A stretch of 64,000 bases of DNA from Octopus vulgaris (GCA_951406725.2 OX597838.1:36146001-36210000); one strand, 5' to 3'. Positions 12,016 to 26,040 are shown, counted from the first letter of the stretch. A program made the numbers and translations. The notes: generated from the sequence alone by a model not told the origin.

Positions 12016-13854
12016 TTTCTACTCTTCTCCTCTGGAAGCCATCTACTCGCAATACCAGAAAGTGCACACTCTCCTACCCTGATGTAATCTCCAGGGATAC
12101 AGGCATCCAGCAACAGGACCTCCGTAATGCCATGATGGACCGTGAAGTCTGGCGTAGCAGGGTAAATTCCATTGTCTCGACCACGGTCGAACAATGATGA
12201 TGATGATATAATGCTGTAACCCTCTGTAAGGTGTGAAAGGTAGGAGAGTCCAGTTTGCTGGACATTGTTGTAGAGCTGAAAACGAGGCAATTTCTACTCT
12301 TCTCCTCTGGAAGCCATCTACTCGCAATACCAGATGGCGCACACTCTCCTACCCTGATGTAATCTCCAGGGATACAGGCATCCAGCAACAGGACCTCCGT
12401 AATGCCATGATGGACCGTGAAGTCTGGCGTAGCAGGGTAAATTCCATTGTCTCGACCACGGTCGAACAATGATGATGATGATATAATGCTGTAACCCTCT
12501 GTAAGGTGTGAAAGGTAGGAGAGTCCAGTTTGCTGGACATTGTTGTAGAGCTGAAAACGAGGCAATATCTACTCTTCTCTCTGGAAGCCATCTGCTTGCG
12601 ATACCAGATGGCGCACACTCTCCTACCCTGATGTAATCTCCAGGGATACAGGCATCCAGCAACAGGACCTCCGTAATGCCATGATGGACCGTGAAGTCTG
12701 GCGTAGCATGGTAAATTCCATTGTCTCGACCACGGTCGAACAATGATGATGATGATATAATGCTGTAACCCTCTGTAAGGTGTGAAAGGTAGGAGAGTCC
12801 AGTTTGCTGGACATTGTTGTAGAGCTGAAAACGAGGCAATTTCTACTCTTCTCCTCTGGAAGCCATCTGCTTGCGATACCAGATGGCGCACACTCTCCTA
12901 CCCTGATGTAATCTCCAGGGATACAGGCATCCAGCAACAGGACCTCCGTAATGCCATGATGGACCGTGAAGTCTGGCGTAGCAGGGTAAATTCCATTGTC
13001 TCGACCACGGTCGAACAATGATGATGATGATATAATGCTGTAACCCTCTGTAAGGTGTGAAAGGTAGGAGAGTCCAGTTTGCTGGACATTGTTGTAGAGC
13101 TGAAAACGAGGCAATATCTACTCTTCTCCTCTGGAAGCCATCTGCTTGCGATACCAGATGGCGCACACTCTCCTACCCTGATGTAATCTCCAGGGATACA
13201 GGCATCCAGCAACAGGACCTCCGTAATGCCATGATGGACCGTGAAGTCTGGCGTAGCAGGGTAAATTCCATTGTCTCGACCACGGTCGAACAATGATGAT
13301 GATGATATAATGCTGTAACCCTCTGTAAGGTGTGAAAGGTAGGAGAGTCCAGTTTGCTGGACATTGTTGTAGAGCTGAAAACGAGGCAATATCTACTCTT
13401 CTCCTCTGGAAGCCATCTGCTTGCGATACCAGATGGCGCACACTCTCCTACCCTGATGTAATCTCCAGGGATACAGGCATCCAGCAACAGGACCTCCGTA
13501 ATGCCATGATGGACCGTGAAGTCTGGCGTAGCAGGGTAAATTCCATTGTCTCGACCACGGTCGAACAATGATGATGATGATATAATGCTGTAACCCTCTG
13601 TAAGGTGTGAAAGGTAGGAGAGTCCAGTTTGCTGGACATTGTTGTAGAGCTGAAAACGAGGCAATTTCTACTCTTCTCCTCTGGAAGCCATCTGCTTGCG
13701 ATACCAGATGGCGCACACTCTCCTACCCTGATGTAATCTCCAGGGATACAGGCATCTAGCAACAGGACCTCCGTAATGCCATGATGGACCGTGAAGTCTG
13801 GCGTAGCAGGGTAAATTCCATTGTCTCGACCACGGTCGAACAATGGTGATGATG
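12016..13854 (+). repeat. Tandem array of ~6.7 x 275-bp units made of an RTE LINE 3' end, (ATG)n tail and ~25-bp linker
   Basis: Tails end near 12207, 12482, 12756, 13031, 13306, 13581 and 13856; units are nearly identical; TSD atgcatcggaa (12005-12015) / atgcattggaa (13855-13865). Confidence 0.95.
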
Positions 13855-14284
13855 ATGCATTGGAAAGTCGGTAACTGGTTCTATGAGACCATGCGCTTGA
13901 GACAGCGTTGACATCAGAGGTTGACATCTTGCTTTACTGAGTGTCAACTTTTGCTGGGTTACTTATTTCTTATGGCTTGTCACCACAGTGAGAATGACAG
14001 GATAACATCTGTGTGCATTAAGGATGGAGCAAATACCACAAGGCATTTTTGTCCAAAAGCATCAGTTCAACAGCATTTACCTCATTGATGTTTTTCTCTT
14101 TACCGATATGCAATCACGAAAGATACACTCAGGGACAATTCATAGGCATGTCCACACGTGCACACACATGCACATTCGATGTGTCACACTCTAATATTGA
14201 ACCGAGAACCATGTGGTTGACAAACAAACTTCTTAAGCACATGGCTATACATATATAAATATCATATTTTTTTTTTGTTTTTTT

Positions 14285-14500
14285 TGTATTTCCAGTTTCA
14301 GCTCTTGAGCTGTGGCCATGCTGGGGCACCGCCATTGTGGTGAAAGAGTACAGCAGGGATCACCACCCCCCAGCCGGAGCCTCGTAGAGCTTTTAGGTGT
14401 TTTCGCTCAATAAACACACACAACGCCCGGTCTGAGAATCGAAACCGCGATCCTGCGACCGCGAGTCCGCTGCCCTAACCACTAGGCCATTGCGCCTCTA
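14285..14500 (-). mobile_element. SINE family B with a family-A-like tail
   Basis: Same head/core as 6642 and 53151, followed by ggcggtgccccagcatggccacagctcaagagctgaaac. Confidence 0.85.
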
Positions 14501-14696
14501 CAATATATATATATATATATATGATATCATATATATATATCAGCGGTGGTGCCCCAGCATGGCCGCAGCCTTCAGGCTAAAACATTTTTAAGGATTTTTA
14601 TATATACACACACACACACATATCTATACACACACACACACATATAGGCGCATTTTTCAGGCACCTTGAACTGGTGACCCAATGGGTCACGGGTAG

Positions 14697-14744
<48 letters not shown>

Positions 14745-14756
14745 TATATGTAAATA

Positions 14757-15066
14757 TCGACCAATGCCTTGTGAGTGGATTTGGTAGACGGAAACTGAAA
14801 GAAGCCTGTCGTATATATGTATATATATATGTGTGTGTGTGTATGTGTGTGTGTGTGTTTGTGTGTCTGTGTTTGTCTCCCAAGCATTGCTTGACAACCG
14901 ATGCTGGTGTGTTTACGTCCCCGTCACTTAGTGGTACGGCAAAAGAGACCGATGGAATAAGTACTGGGCTTACAAAGAATAAGTCCCAGGCTCGATTTGC
15001 TCGACTAAAGGCGGTGCTCCAGCATGGCCACAGTCAAATGACTGAAACAAGTAAAAGAGTAAAGAG
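14757..15066 (+). mobile_element. SINE family A, 5'-truncated
   Basis: Matches family A from cgaccaatgcc to the tail. Confidence 0.9.
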
Positions 15067-15812
15067 TATATATATATCTTTCTCTCTCAATCTGTCTGTC
15101 GATCTACATATCTAGCTTGCTAGCTATATCTCTGTATACATTCACCGCTGCATCTCCTCAGTATCTCATCCATCTGATTCTTCATCTCTCCATCCATTTG
15201 TCCATCCATCTCTCTTTCACTTCTGTCGCTCTATCCTCCTCTCCCCCCCCTCTTTCTCTCTCTCCCTATCTCTGTCTGTCTGTCTGTCTCTCCGCTCATC
15301 CATCCATCAATATGTACCAAGTTTCCCTTAGAAAAGTTAATCAAACCTGCCTCAGTCGTTTGTTAATTGGGAGAAGAATAAGAAAAGAGAGGAGAAAAAC
15401 GAGCGGCTTTCACACTTCCACTAAATTAAATGGATTAAAAACACATCTACATCTTTTAAAATTGTCAGATTTAATGTCTTTAGCTGAAGATATTCTCCAA
15501 GACTTTTATTATTACTTTGCAATTTACCATTCTTTCTTTGCTCTTGCGTTTCATCTTCCATTCCATTTTATTTCATTTCGTTTTATTTTGTTTTTATTTT
15601 ATATAGTTTTTTAAAATTTTATTCTGTTGCATTTTTTTGTTTTTTGATTTTTTTTTTGTATTTGTAATTTCTTTTCTTTTTTTTTCTTCTTGCTTTTTCT
15701 TCTTTTACCTTTTGTTTAGCTTTGGTTTTTTTTTTTTGTTGTTGTCTTCTTTTTATTTCCTCTCTGAAATTTTCCAATCAGAGATGAAAATGCTTTTTAA
15801 TAAATTTGGTTT

Positions 15813-15845
<33 letters not shown>

Positions 15846-15869
15846 TTGTATGCACATATGTGTTTTTTT

Positions 15870-15907
15870 ATTTATTATTATTATTATTATCAATATTATT
15901 ATTATTA

Positions 15908-15942
<35 letters not shown>

Positions 15943-15973
15943 TTTATTATTTTTATTATTATTATTATTATTA

Positions 15974-16004
<31 letters not shown>

Positions 16005-16040
16005 CATTAATATTATTATTATTATTATGATTATCATTAA

Positions 16041-16076
<36 letters not shown>

Positions 16077-16105
16077 CATTATTATCATTAATATTATTAT
16101 TATTA

Positions 16106-16172
<67 letters not shown>

Positions 16173-16190
16173 CAATATCATTATTATTAA

Positions 16191-16226
<36 letters not shown>

Positions 16227-16285
16227 CATCATCATCATTATTATTATATTATTATCATTATCAATATTATTATTATTATTATCAA

Positions 16286-16334
<49 letters not shown>

Positions 16335-16335
16335 T
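15870..16335. repeat. Long (ATT)n microsatellite
   Basis: Directly visible, ~460 bp. Confidence 0.97.
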
Positions 16336-16893
16336 CTTGCTGCTTTTGTATTCCTTTTCATTTCCTTTTTTCTTTTGTTTTATATGTATTCTGTTGTTGC
16401 TGTTGTTGTTGTTTATATACATTGGTCTATATTATTTATGATTTGTTTTTAATGGTTTTTATGTGTTTATTATGTGCAGTGTGATATGTATATGTAGGTA
16501 TGCATATATATATATAAGCATACGTGGATATGCTTATGTGTGGAGTATGAGCTGTGTATGTATGTATGTAGGTATGTGTGTGTGTATGTATGTATGTATG
16601 TATGTATTTATGTATATATGTATGTATGTATATATATATGTATGTATGTATGAAGGTATGTGTGTGTATGTATGTATGTATGCATGCATGTATGTATGTA
16701 TGTATGTATGTATTTATGTATGTATGTATGTATGAAGGTATGTATGTGTGTATGTGTGTTATATATGTATTCATAATTTATCATTATTCTGTGAACATTA
16801 AAAAGAAATGGCTTAAATTCGGAAAATTTATTTGAAATAGGCCGAATGCTCATACATGCATTCATAAATGCAATATGTATCCATTCATATACA

Positions 16894-16929
<36 letters not shown>

Positions 16930-17133
16930 CACAAACACATATCCATTCATATACATATATATATACATAAATATGTAACCATTTATATACATACATATAT
17001 GTTATATGTATATACATACACATATACATATACAAACACACATGTGTAAATGCATGTGTGTGTGTGTGTATTTATAGCACTGTGCATTTGTATTTGTGTA
17101 TATTTGTATGCACATATTTATTTTTTTTTTATT

Positions 17134-17168
<35 letters not shown>

Positions 17169-17292
17169 TACTATCAATATTATAATCAACATGTTTATCT
17201 GTGAGTTTATCTGTTAGTCTATTTATTTCCCTACAGAGAGAATGAGAGGGAAGTAGATAGACGGACACTTGGATATATATATATATATATAT

Positions 17293-17629
17293 AGGCGCAG
17301 GAGTGGCTGTGTGGTAAGTAGCTTGCTTACCAACCACATGGTTCGCGTGGCATCTTGGGCAAGTGTCTTCTGCTATAGCCCCGGGCCGACCAATGCCTTG
17401 TGAGTGGATTTGGTAGACGGAAACTGAAAGAAGCCTGTCGTATATATGTATATATATATGTATGTGTGTGTGTGTCTGTCCCCCTAGCATTGCTTGACAA
17501 CCGATGCTGGTGTGTTTACGTCCCCATCACTTAGCGGTTCGGCAAAAGAGACCGATAGAATAAGTACTGGGCTTACAAAGAATAAGTCCCAGGGTCAATT
17601 TACTCGACTAAAGGCGGTGCTCCAGCATG
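17293..17629 (+). mobile_element. SINE family A, 3'-truncated, small deletion in head
   Basis: Matches family A. Confidence 0.88.
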
Positions 17630-17916
17630 CTATTACCTTTTAGCTTGCCTGAATATAGGGAATATTCTGAGACCTCAGGTATCATATGTAACTAGGGTGG
17701 TAGGAGGTTTAAAGGCTCCATTTGAGAATGAATTCAAGTGAGCCCAGTTGCAATACTTGAAATCAACGATGCCACCAATGTAGACCCTAGCCTGGTGGGA
17801 ACGTGGGTTTTGTTGCTTAGCATTTATATACAACATTATAGTTTAAACAAAAACCATTCAATGGACATAGCTATGAGACCTGGACATTACAGGTTTTCCT
17901 ATTAGTAGGTAGTGGG

Positions 17917-18334
17917 TAGCAATTTTCTTCACTATTTCAGGGAGTGACGACCCTGCCTGACATGAGTTCCGGGCTCAGCTGGCTCCGGCTGACAGTACCC
18001 GGTATGAGCCCCTATCCAGGGTTACGGAAAGAAGACAACCTTCAAAGAAATCCGGAGTGGAGCCCCGTAGGCGGTTTAGTGTTCGGCTCGACACTCTTCC
18101 GGCAGCTTTTGCAACCAAGCTGGTGCCAAACGTAATGCTCTGCATTCCTTTGGGCTACGTCAGCAAGGTCAAGAGAGGAATCCTGACGATTGGGCTACCC
18201 AGGGTTTTCTTACATCTAGCCCAGGCCTGTGCAAGACTGGAGAGAACATGAAATGTATAAACCAGACTGGATTAGTTTATGCGCAACTCCATTGTCTCCC
18301 AATACAAAAGGATGCCAACAACAAGAGCAACAAG
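17917..18334 (+). mobile_element. Unclassified GC-richer insertion, probably a non-autonomous retroelement
   Basis: Compositional shift, (AAC)-rich 3' tail, possible short TSD agtggg; no second copy in the window. Confidence 0.35.
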
Positions 18335-18681
18335 TGGGCATAAGACCAATCCCTGTACTGATCTGATTCATATGATCCATTAACTTCGAAGTAGGACTGG
18401 AAGTGTTGTCATTACTGGTATGGGGCTAGGAGAAGGTGTCACCACTGTCACACATGCCTGGATTCTAGCACTAGGGATGAATGATACCAAGATTACTAGT
18501 ACAAGAGGTTATGGTACCTGAGTTACTAGTACAAGGAACGTTGATACATTGGTTGCTTTTATTAAAGTGGATAGGATTTCTGAAGCTTCAAGTAGAAGAG
18601 GTCATTATGGTAACTGTAGCAATGGGAAAGAGTGAGAGAGAAAGAGAAAGGGAGTGAAAGGGGGTGCAAGATAGAGGACAC

Positions 18682-19079
18682 TAGGTGGCAAGCTGGCAGA
18701 AACGTTAGCACACCGCGCGAAATGCTTAGCAGTGTTTCGTCTGCTGCTACATTCTGAGTTCAAATTCTGCCGAGGTCGACTTTGATTTTCATCCTTTCGG
18801 GGTCGATTAAATAAGTACCAGTTACGCACTGGGGTCGATATAATCGACTTAATCCATTTGTCTGTCCTTGTTTGTCCTCTCTGTGTAGCCCCTTGCGGGT
18901 AGTAAAGAAATAGGTATTTCGTCTGCCACTACGTTCTAAGTTCAAATTCTTCCGAGGTCAACTTTGCCTTTCATCCTTTCAGGGTCAATTAAATAAGTAC
19001 CAGTTATAATCGACTTTATCTGTTTGTCTGTCCTTGATTGTCCCCTCTGTGTGTAGCCCCTTGTGGGCAGTAAAGAAAT
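18682..19079 (+). mobile_element. SINE family C, internally dimeric
   Basis: Head ggtggcaagctggcagaaacgttagc, body (gagttcaaat..gcctttcatcctttc..gtaaagaaat) present twice; TSD aagatagagg(a/g)cac at 18668-18681 and 19080-19093. Confidence 0.88.
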
Positions 19080-19366
19080 AAGATAGAGGGCACAACACAT
19101 CTGTTGACCCAGAAGTTTGTAAATGTCTGTAAGTGACTTTATACCAATCATTGGTAAACTGCTGCCTGTAGCACTTTCTGAATTAGAACCTCTAATGAAA
19201 AATTACCCTGAATTTTTTTAATAGTGCGGGCCCATCTGGTTACAAGCCATGTCTCATATGACCCAGTCTGCTTCTTGAAAACGGTTGCTCTTTATCATGT
19301 AACTCACCCGATTATAGGGAATATTCTAGGACTTGAGGTGGTATATGTATATAGCTAGGGAGATAC

Positions 19367-19780
19367 AGGTGGTGAGCTGGCAGAAACGTTAGCATGCCGG
19401 GCGAAATGCGTAGCCGTATTTCGTCTGCCGTTACGTTGTGAGTTCAAATTCCGCCGAGGTCGACTTTGCCTTTCATCCTTTCGGGGTTGATAAATTAAGT
19501 ACCAGTTATGCACCGGGGTCGATGTAATCAACTTAATCCATTTGTCTGTCCTTGTTTGTCCCCTCTGTGTTTAGCCCCTTGTGGGTAGTAAAGAAATAGG
19601 TATTTCGTCTGCCACTACGTTCTAAGTTCAAATTCTTCCGAGGTCGACTTTGCCTTTCATCCTTTCAGGCTCAATTAAATAAGTACCAGTTATGCACTGG
19701 GGTCGATGTAATCAACTTAATCCGTTTGTCTCTCCTTGTTTGTCCCCTCTATGTTTAGCCCTTTGTGGGTAGTAAAGAAA
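19367..19780 (+). mobile_element. SINE family C, internally dimeric
   Basis: Same structure; TSD tagggagatac at 19356-19366 and 19781-19791. Confidence 0.88.
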
Positions 19781-20545
19781 TAGGGAGATACTGAGTTTAG
19801 AGGCTCCATTTGAGAATGAACTCAGGTGAGCAACGTTGCCACCAATGTAGACCCTGGTCTTGTGGGAATGTGCCCACACCTGCTCTATACCAATTAACTG
19901 AGTGGTCTTCCTTTGGATTTGGTCTCAGTTATTTGTGTATAGGTGGAAATGCTGGTCCCACAGTGGACTTTACTTGTCTTTAGTTTAGTAGTGTCCTTCC
20001 CTTGAGGAGGTCCCGCATTCATGAACCTTCCTTCTCAAGTACCCTCTGTATAAAAATAATAATAATGTAATTATTGTATACAGTGCTCAGGTGCATCACA
20101 ACTTGTCAGACAGTGCGTATAAAGCATATGCAGTAATGTAAAAATGTCGACTCAGGTGCAAACGCATAATTCGGTGACAGACAGGTGTGCCATTCAGGAT
20201 GAATGTTGTGCTCTCAGTCACCATGGAAACAGGGTAGCTGACCCTTTGAATCCTAGGACTTCAGTTACTAATATCCAGGACCCGACGAAGATGATACACA
20301 ACACCACCATCACCCAGTGTAAAGACACACAGAAATAAAGACACACATACACACTGTGAAACAGGGTTTTCAGGTTTCAGTATAGTTTCTGTCAACCAAG
20401 TTTCAATGCCAAAGGTTTGGTGGATCTGAAGATATACAAGAAGACACTTGCTCCAGGTATGACCCTTCCCCGACAGCGGAACGGAACCTGAAAGCATAAA
20501 GTCAAGAATTGAACTTCTTAACCAAACAGCCTTGCCGATATCCAT

Positions 20546-20895
20546 ATCATCATCATCATCGTTTAACGTCCGCTTTCCATGCTAGCATGAGTTGGACGGT
20601 TCAACTGGGGTCTGGGAAGCCAGAAGGCTGCACAAGGCCCAGTCTGATCTGGCAGTGTTTCTACAGCTGGATGCCCTTCCTAACGCCAACCACTCCGTGA
20701 GTGTAGTAGGTGCTTTTTACGTGCCACTGGCACGGATACCAGACGAAGCTGGCAAACAGCCACGATCGGATGGTGCTTTCTACGTGCCACCGGCACAGAA
20801 GCTAGTCACAGCGGCGCTGGCTACGGCCACGTTCAGATGGTTCTCTTACGTGCCACTGGCACTGGTATAACAGCTACAAATTCCATTGATGTTGA
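20546..20895 (-). mobile_element. RTE 3'-UTR-type fragment
   Basis: Starts with (CAT)n then gtttaacgtccgctttccatgctagcatg; related to 47420-48122 and 52824-53138. Confidence 0.75.
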
Positions 20896-21198
20896 TCGAT
20901 TATGAAGATAGAAATCATATATGCACAATGTATGTTCTACAAATATTCACAAATACAGACTTGCACACAGATTTGAAATCTTATACACCTACACATTCAC
21001 ACACACACACACATGCATACACACACACACACAACCTGACACTTGGTTTTCAGTTTCCAGTATAGTTTCCATCAACGAAGTTTCAATCCAAAGGGTTTGG
21101 TAAATCTGAAGATACACTAGAAGACATTTGCTAGCGGTACCTTTATTACATTGGAACAGAACCTGAAAGAGCTAGGCTGAGAAATGAAATTCTTAACC

Positions 21199-21608
21199 GT
21201 GTGGTAAGTAGCTTGCTAACCAACCACATGGTTCCGGGTTCAGTCCCACTGTGTGGCATCTTGGGCAAGTGTCTTCTGCTATAGCCCTGGGCCGACCAAT
21301 GCCTTGTGAGTGGATTTGGTAGACGGAAACTGAAAGAAGCCCTTCGTATATATGTATATATATATGTATATATATATGTGTGTGTGTGTCTATGTGTTTG
21401 TATGTCTGTGTTTGTCTCCCTAGCATTGCTTGACAACCGATGCTGGTGTGTTTACGTCCCTGTCACTTAGCGGTTCGGCAAAAAGAGGCCGATAGAATAA
21501 GTGCTGGGCTTACAAAGAATAAGTCCCGGGGTCGAGTTGCTTGACTAAAAACGGTGCTCCAGCATGGCCACAGTCAAATGACTGAAACAAGTAAAAGAGT
21601 AAAAGAGT
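21199..21608 (+). mobile_element. SINE family A
   Basis: Matches family A. Confidence 0.9.
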
Positions 21609-21640
21609 GATGCCTTGTCTACATCCATATAAAGACAGAA

Positions 21641-21674
<34 letters not shown>

Positions 21675-21825
21675 GAATGTTCTACACATATTCACAAATA
21701 CACACACACACACAGATTTGAACACACTTATATGCCTACACACTCACACACACATAAGCCTTATTGTTTTTTTGCTGCTCACCCTGCCCTGCACCGTCCT
21801 CGCTTCTTGGGATGGCAAAAAAGCT

Positions 21826-21856
<31 letters not shown>

Positions 21857-23109
21857 AATGCCACGAACACAACAAACATGAACCAGACTAAATTTCTCCA
21901 ATTTATTTCATAAAATATAATGTCTAACCCTTCAATCAGAATAGACAGAAACGTTTGTCTGATGTGTAATCATCACCACCACCACTACCGCCACCCTCAC
22001 TACCACCACCACCACCATCACCACCACCACCCTCAGCCTCACCACATCATTATCCTAACATCATCATCTTTATTACAAATGCTATTGCTCTATCATCATA
22101 TCCCTATCATAATCATCATCATCATCATTAGTAGCAGCAGCAGCAGCAGCAGCAGCAGTAGACACTTGTCATTATCTTTCAACAACCATTTTCACCATCA
22201 TCATCATCATCATCATCATCAACACCAATATCCTCAACGTCCAGATCATCACTGTCATCATCATCATCATATTACCACTATCATCAACACCATCATCATC
22301 ATCATCATCATCATCATCATTATAATCAGCCATTGAAAGTATTACTGCATAGTAAGAGGAGCCTGTACATGGTCATTTGATGAGCCAGCAATAGCAGCCA
22401 AATCTTTCCCAGATCAAACTCCTTACGACTACCATCATCAGAAAGTGGACCCATTGGATAACATGGACATGCATTCCCTTGCACATAGATACAGATAAAA
22501 GACAGACAGACTGGTCATGGTTGGAAGGATGTCCTTCTGCAATAGGACTGCTCGATCGAGGTTTGACCTAGGGCTAAACAAGAATAATAACAACAACAAC
22601 AACAACAATAACCTCTAAAGTAAACATCGTTAGATTATAACATGCTAAATGATGCTTGGTCAACATTGTAATTGGGAGAACTCACTTCACAGAGGCGGTA
22701 ATACCTGGTTTCCTGAAGATCGTTAAGAATCAGACAAAACAGAGGTAGACTTGATGGGTGGGTAGGTGGATGTGTTGGGAGGGGAGCGGTCTATAAATTT
22801 GGCTACATCATAGCTGAATCGAACCCCCCACCCCCCACGCCCTTCACTTGCTCCAGCCAACCCCCAAACTAGTTTGAAATCACACAATGTTTTATGGCTA
22901 TTTTGTCTGTAATCTAGCACTTCTCCTCACTCTCCAGACTTAATCCATTATCTCTGGTTTGCCACAACAACATATTTCAAAAGAATCACTCCAGATTTCA
23001 TCCCAAGTCTGGTTGTGGCAGCCAAAGTTCCAGCCAACTATTTAACAACATCGGGAGGTGGAGTGGTGGAGGTTATGGGCCCTTATTATTATCATTATTA
23101 TTATTATTA

Positions 23110-23267
23110 ACCATCTTACAAACAATAACTCTGAGCACCTTTTCAAACTCCACCTGTCTAACACCCGTGGACATGTTTACAAAGTCAGAAAACAGCACAG
23201 CTCCCATGACTTCAGGAAACATTTTTTCACGCTGAGAGTTGCTGAAGCATGGAACAAACTGCCGGCA
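23110..23267 (+). mobile_element. CR1-type LINE C-terminal fragment
   Basis: TRGHVYKVRKQ..RKHFFTLRVAEAWNKLP fits the CR1/L2 ORF2 end motif TRGH..K..R..FF..RV..WN.LP. Confidence 0.8.
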
Positions 23268-23299
23268 CCATATATATATATATATATACATATATGTAC

Positions 23300-23336
<37 letters not shown>

Positions 23337-23847
23337 CATATATACACACATATATACATATATATATGTGTGTGTGTGTAGGTGCTTGTGCCTGTGTTTG
23401 TCCCTCCGCCACTGCTTAACAACCAGTGTTGGTGTGTTTATGTCCCTGTAATCTAGCCGTTTGGCAAAAGAAACCGATAAGTACCAGGTTAACGAACATG
23501 TCTTTGGGTTTATTAGTTTGGCTCATACCCTTCTCCTAAAATACAGTGTACATTTATTTTATTTTATTTTATTTTATTTGCTAAAATAAGTCAGAAACCA
23601 TGGTAAATGTTTTTATTTTTCATTCCCTTTGAGAATTTATCCCTAATTAGTGGTTTGGACTTTAGCTGTTCCTTCTAGCATAAGGGATTCCTATGATGGA
23701 AACCTCTTTATGTATTTAAATGTACACTCTATTTTATATAAATAATATATAGTCTATTGACTAATTTTTCTATACGTTAGGCCTCTGGTAGTACAAAATT
23801 TCTAAAATCTTTATTACCCTGATATTATTAATTATGTATATACACAT

Positions 23848-24241
23848 AGGCGCAGGAGTGGCTGTGTGGTAAGTAGCTTGTTTACCAACCACATGGTTCT
23901 GGGTTCAGTCCCACTGCGTGACACCTTGGGCAAGTGTCTTCTACTATAACCTCGGGTCGACCAAAGCCTTGTGAGTGGATTTGGTAGACGGAAACTGAAA
24001 GAAGCCTGTCGTATATATGTATATATATGTGTGTGTGTGTCTGTGTTTGTATCACTAGCATTGCTTGACAACCGATGCTGGTGTGTTTATGTCCCCGTTA
24101 CTTAGCGCTTCGGCAAAAGAGACCGATAGAATAAGTACTGGGCTTGCAAAAGAATAAGTCCCGGGGTCGAGTTGCTCGTTTAAAGGCGGTGCTCCAGCAT
24201 GGCTGCAGTCAAATGACTGAAACAAGTAAAGGAGTAAAAGA
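23848..24241 (+). mobile_element. SINE family A
   Basis: Matches family A. Confidence 0.9.
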
Positions 24242-24689
24242 ATATATACATACATATATGTATATATGTATGTACATATCTGTGTATGTATATATATGTG
24301 TACATATATATGTATGGGAGTGGTGGCTGTTGTGCAATAATGTTGTTGAGAGAAATGCTCAAAAACCAGCGTGCATATTCTCCTCACGACCTCATAATCC
24401 TACAAGTATCTGATATGTGATGTTTTCAACTGATAGTGCTTGTACCAGCAAGTTGTTCACAAATATTCTATTAATGTATATATAAACACACACACACACA
24501 CATATATATACAGAGGAATATTCAGACTGGGTGTTGCGTTGTGCTCTTGAGCAAAGCACTTCGTTTCACGTTGCTCTGCGGTCATTTCAGCATCTGACAT
24601 GAGGCACCAAGTTGCACCTGTACAGGTAATGTTGGTTTGATGGAGGGAATGAGCTTATGTCTACACAAACATTTGATCACTATAAACAA

Positions 24690-25395
24690 ATCACCTGTAT
24701 TTTGGCACTTTATCTCTATCCAACCACCATGCAGAATGCTTGTTATTGTTAAAAAGAATCCATTTTTCATCACTCATAATAATACAATACAAAAATGGTT
24801 TGCTTTTCTGCTGTGACAGCAAAGAACAGCAAGTTTCAAGATGATATGTTATTTGATGCTTGTTCAGTTCGTGTGGCACCAACTGTTCAGCTTCTTTACC
24901 CTGCTGATTTGTTTTAGATGGTCCAATACAGTTGGAATCCAAGCTTACTCATGCATCGTTTGAGATGTATCTGTTTCCACTATAGTTTCCAGCCCATCAT
25001 TATCCACCTTGGTCTCAGGTCTACCATGGGGCTGATTTTCAAGAGTAAAGTCACCAGACCGGAACTTCTATAACCATCAATGTACAGTGCACTCATTCAC
25101 TACATCTTCACCAAACACCTCATTGATGTTTCGATCTGTCTGGAATGCATTGGTTCCATGATGGAACTCATATTCATAAACAGCACAAATTTTTGATCTA
25201 TTCATGGGTTCACAAAAATTGATTAATAAGAGAAAACTCACAATATAATCAAACACCTTGAATTGTATTTCGAAAAGTGATGTTGTAATTCTTCAATGTT
25301 GTAGAACATAGAATTGTCAGGATAAAACATTAGAGTTAAAGACTCAAACTTGGTGCATAAGAAAATCGGACATTTCATTCTTAAGGACATGATAA
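24690..25395 (-). pseudogene. Degenerate mariner transposase, 5' half
   Basis: Fragments include LVPHEL (WVPHEL motif) and MSDEKWILFNN (first catalytic D), with an N-terminal KFRSGDFTLE..GRP segment; stops and frameshifts present. Confidence 0.85.
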
Positions 25396-25724
25396 TATAT
25401 ATTTCGAAATATATATATATACCTCTATATTTACTTACATGTATATGAATATATGTCCCCATATGCATATATATAGTATACATATACTTTTGTATTTTAT
25501 AAATATGTGTGTATATATACGTTTAAATATTTGTTGTGCAAGATTTTTTATGTGAAGTCGTGTGTTGAAACAGATATTGTTATATTTCGGAATGGTCATA
25601 TGTGAGTGTTTTGCTCTTTATCTTTTATTAAACTTTTAATACTTTTGATATTTATATATAAAAAAAACAATAATAATAAATAAATAAATAAATAAATTAA
25701 TAAATAAAATAATATATAAATATG

Positions 25725-25772
<48 letters not shown>

Positions 25773-26007
25773 ATTTATTACACTATATATATATATATAT
25801 ATATATTTGTATATATATATTTAAAATTTATAAGTTTAAATTATTAAAAATAATTTTTTAATTTTTAATATTTTATATTTTTAAATTAATGTTATGTATT
25901 GGCTTATGTTTTTTCACTGTTTGATTTGCCTAATAGTGGTTTTATCTCTAATTTAATATAATATATATATATATTTATATATATATATATATGTACACAC
26001 ACACACC

Positions 26008-26040
<33 letters not shown>

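Noticed and set aside
12016-13854. CRISPR-like array or tandem gene cluster
   Set aside because: Units are near-identical with no unique spacers; the sequence is a LINE 3' end in eukaryotic DNA.
22791-22830. TATA box ctataaat
   Set aside because: There is no initiator at the expected spacing and no downstream support.
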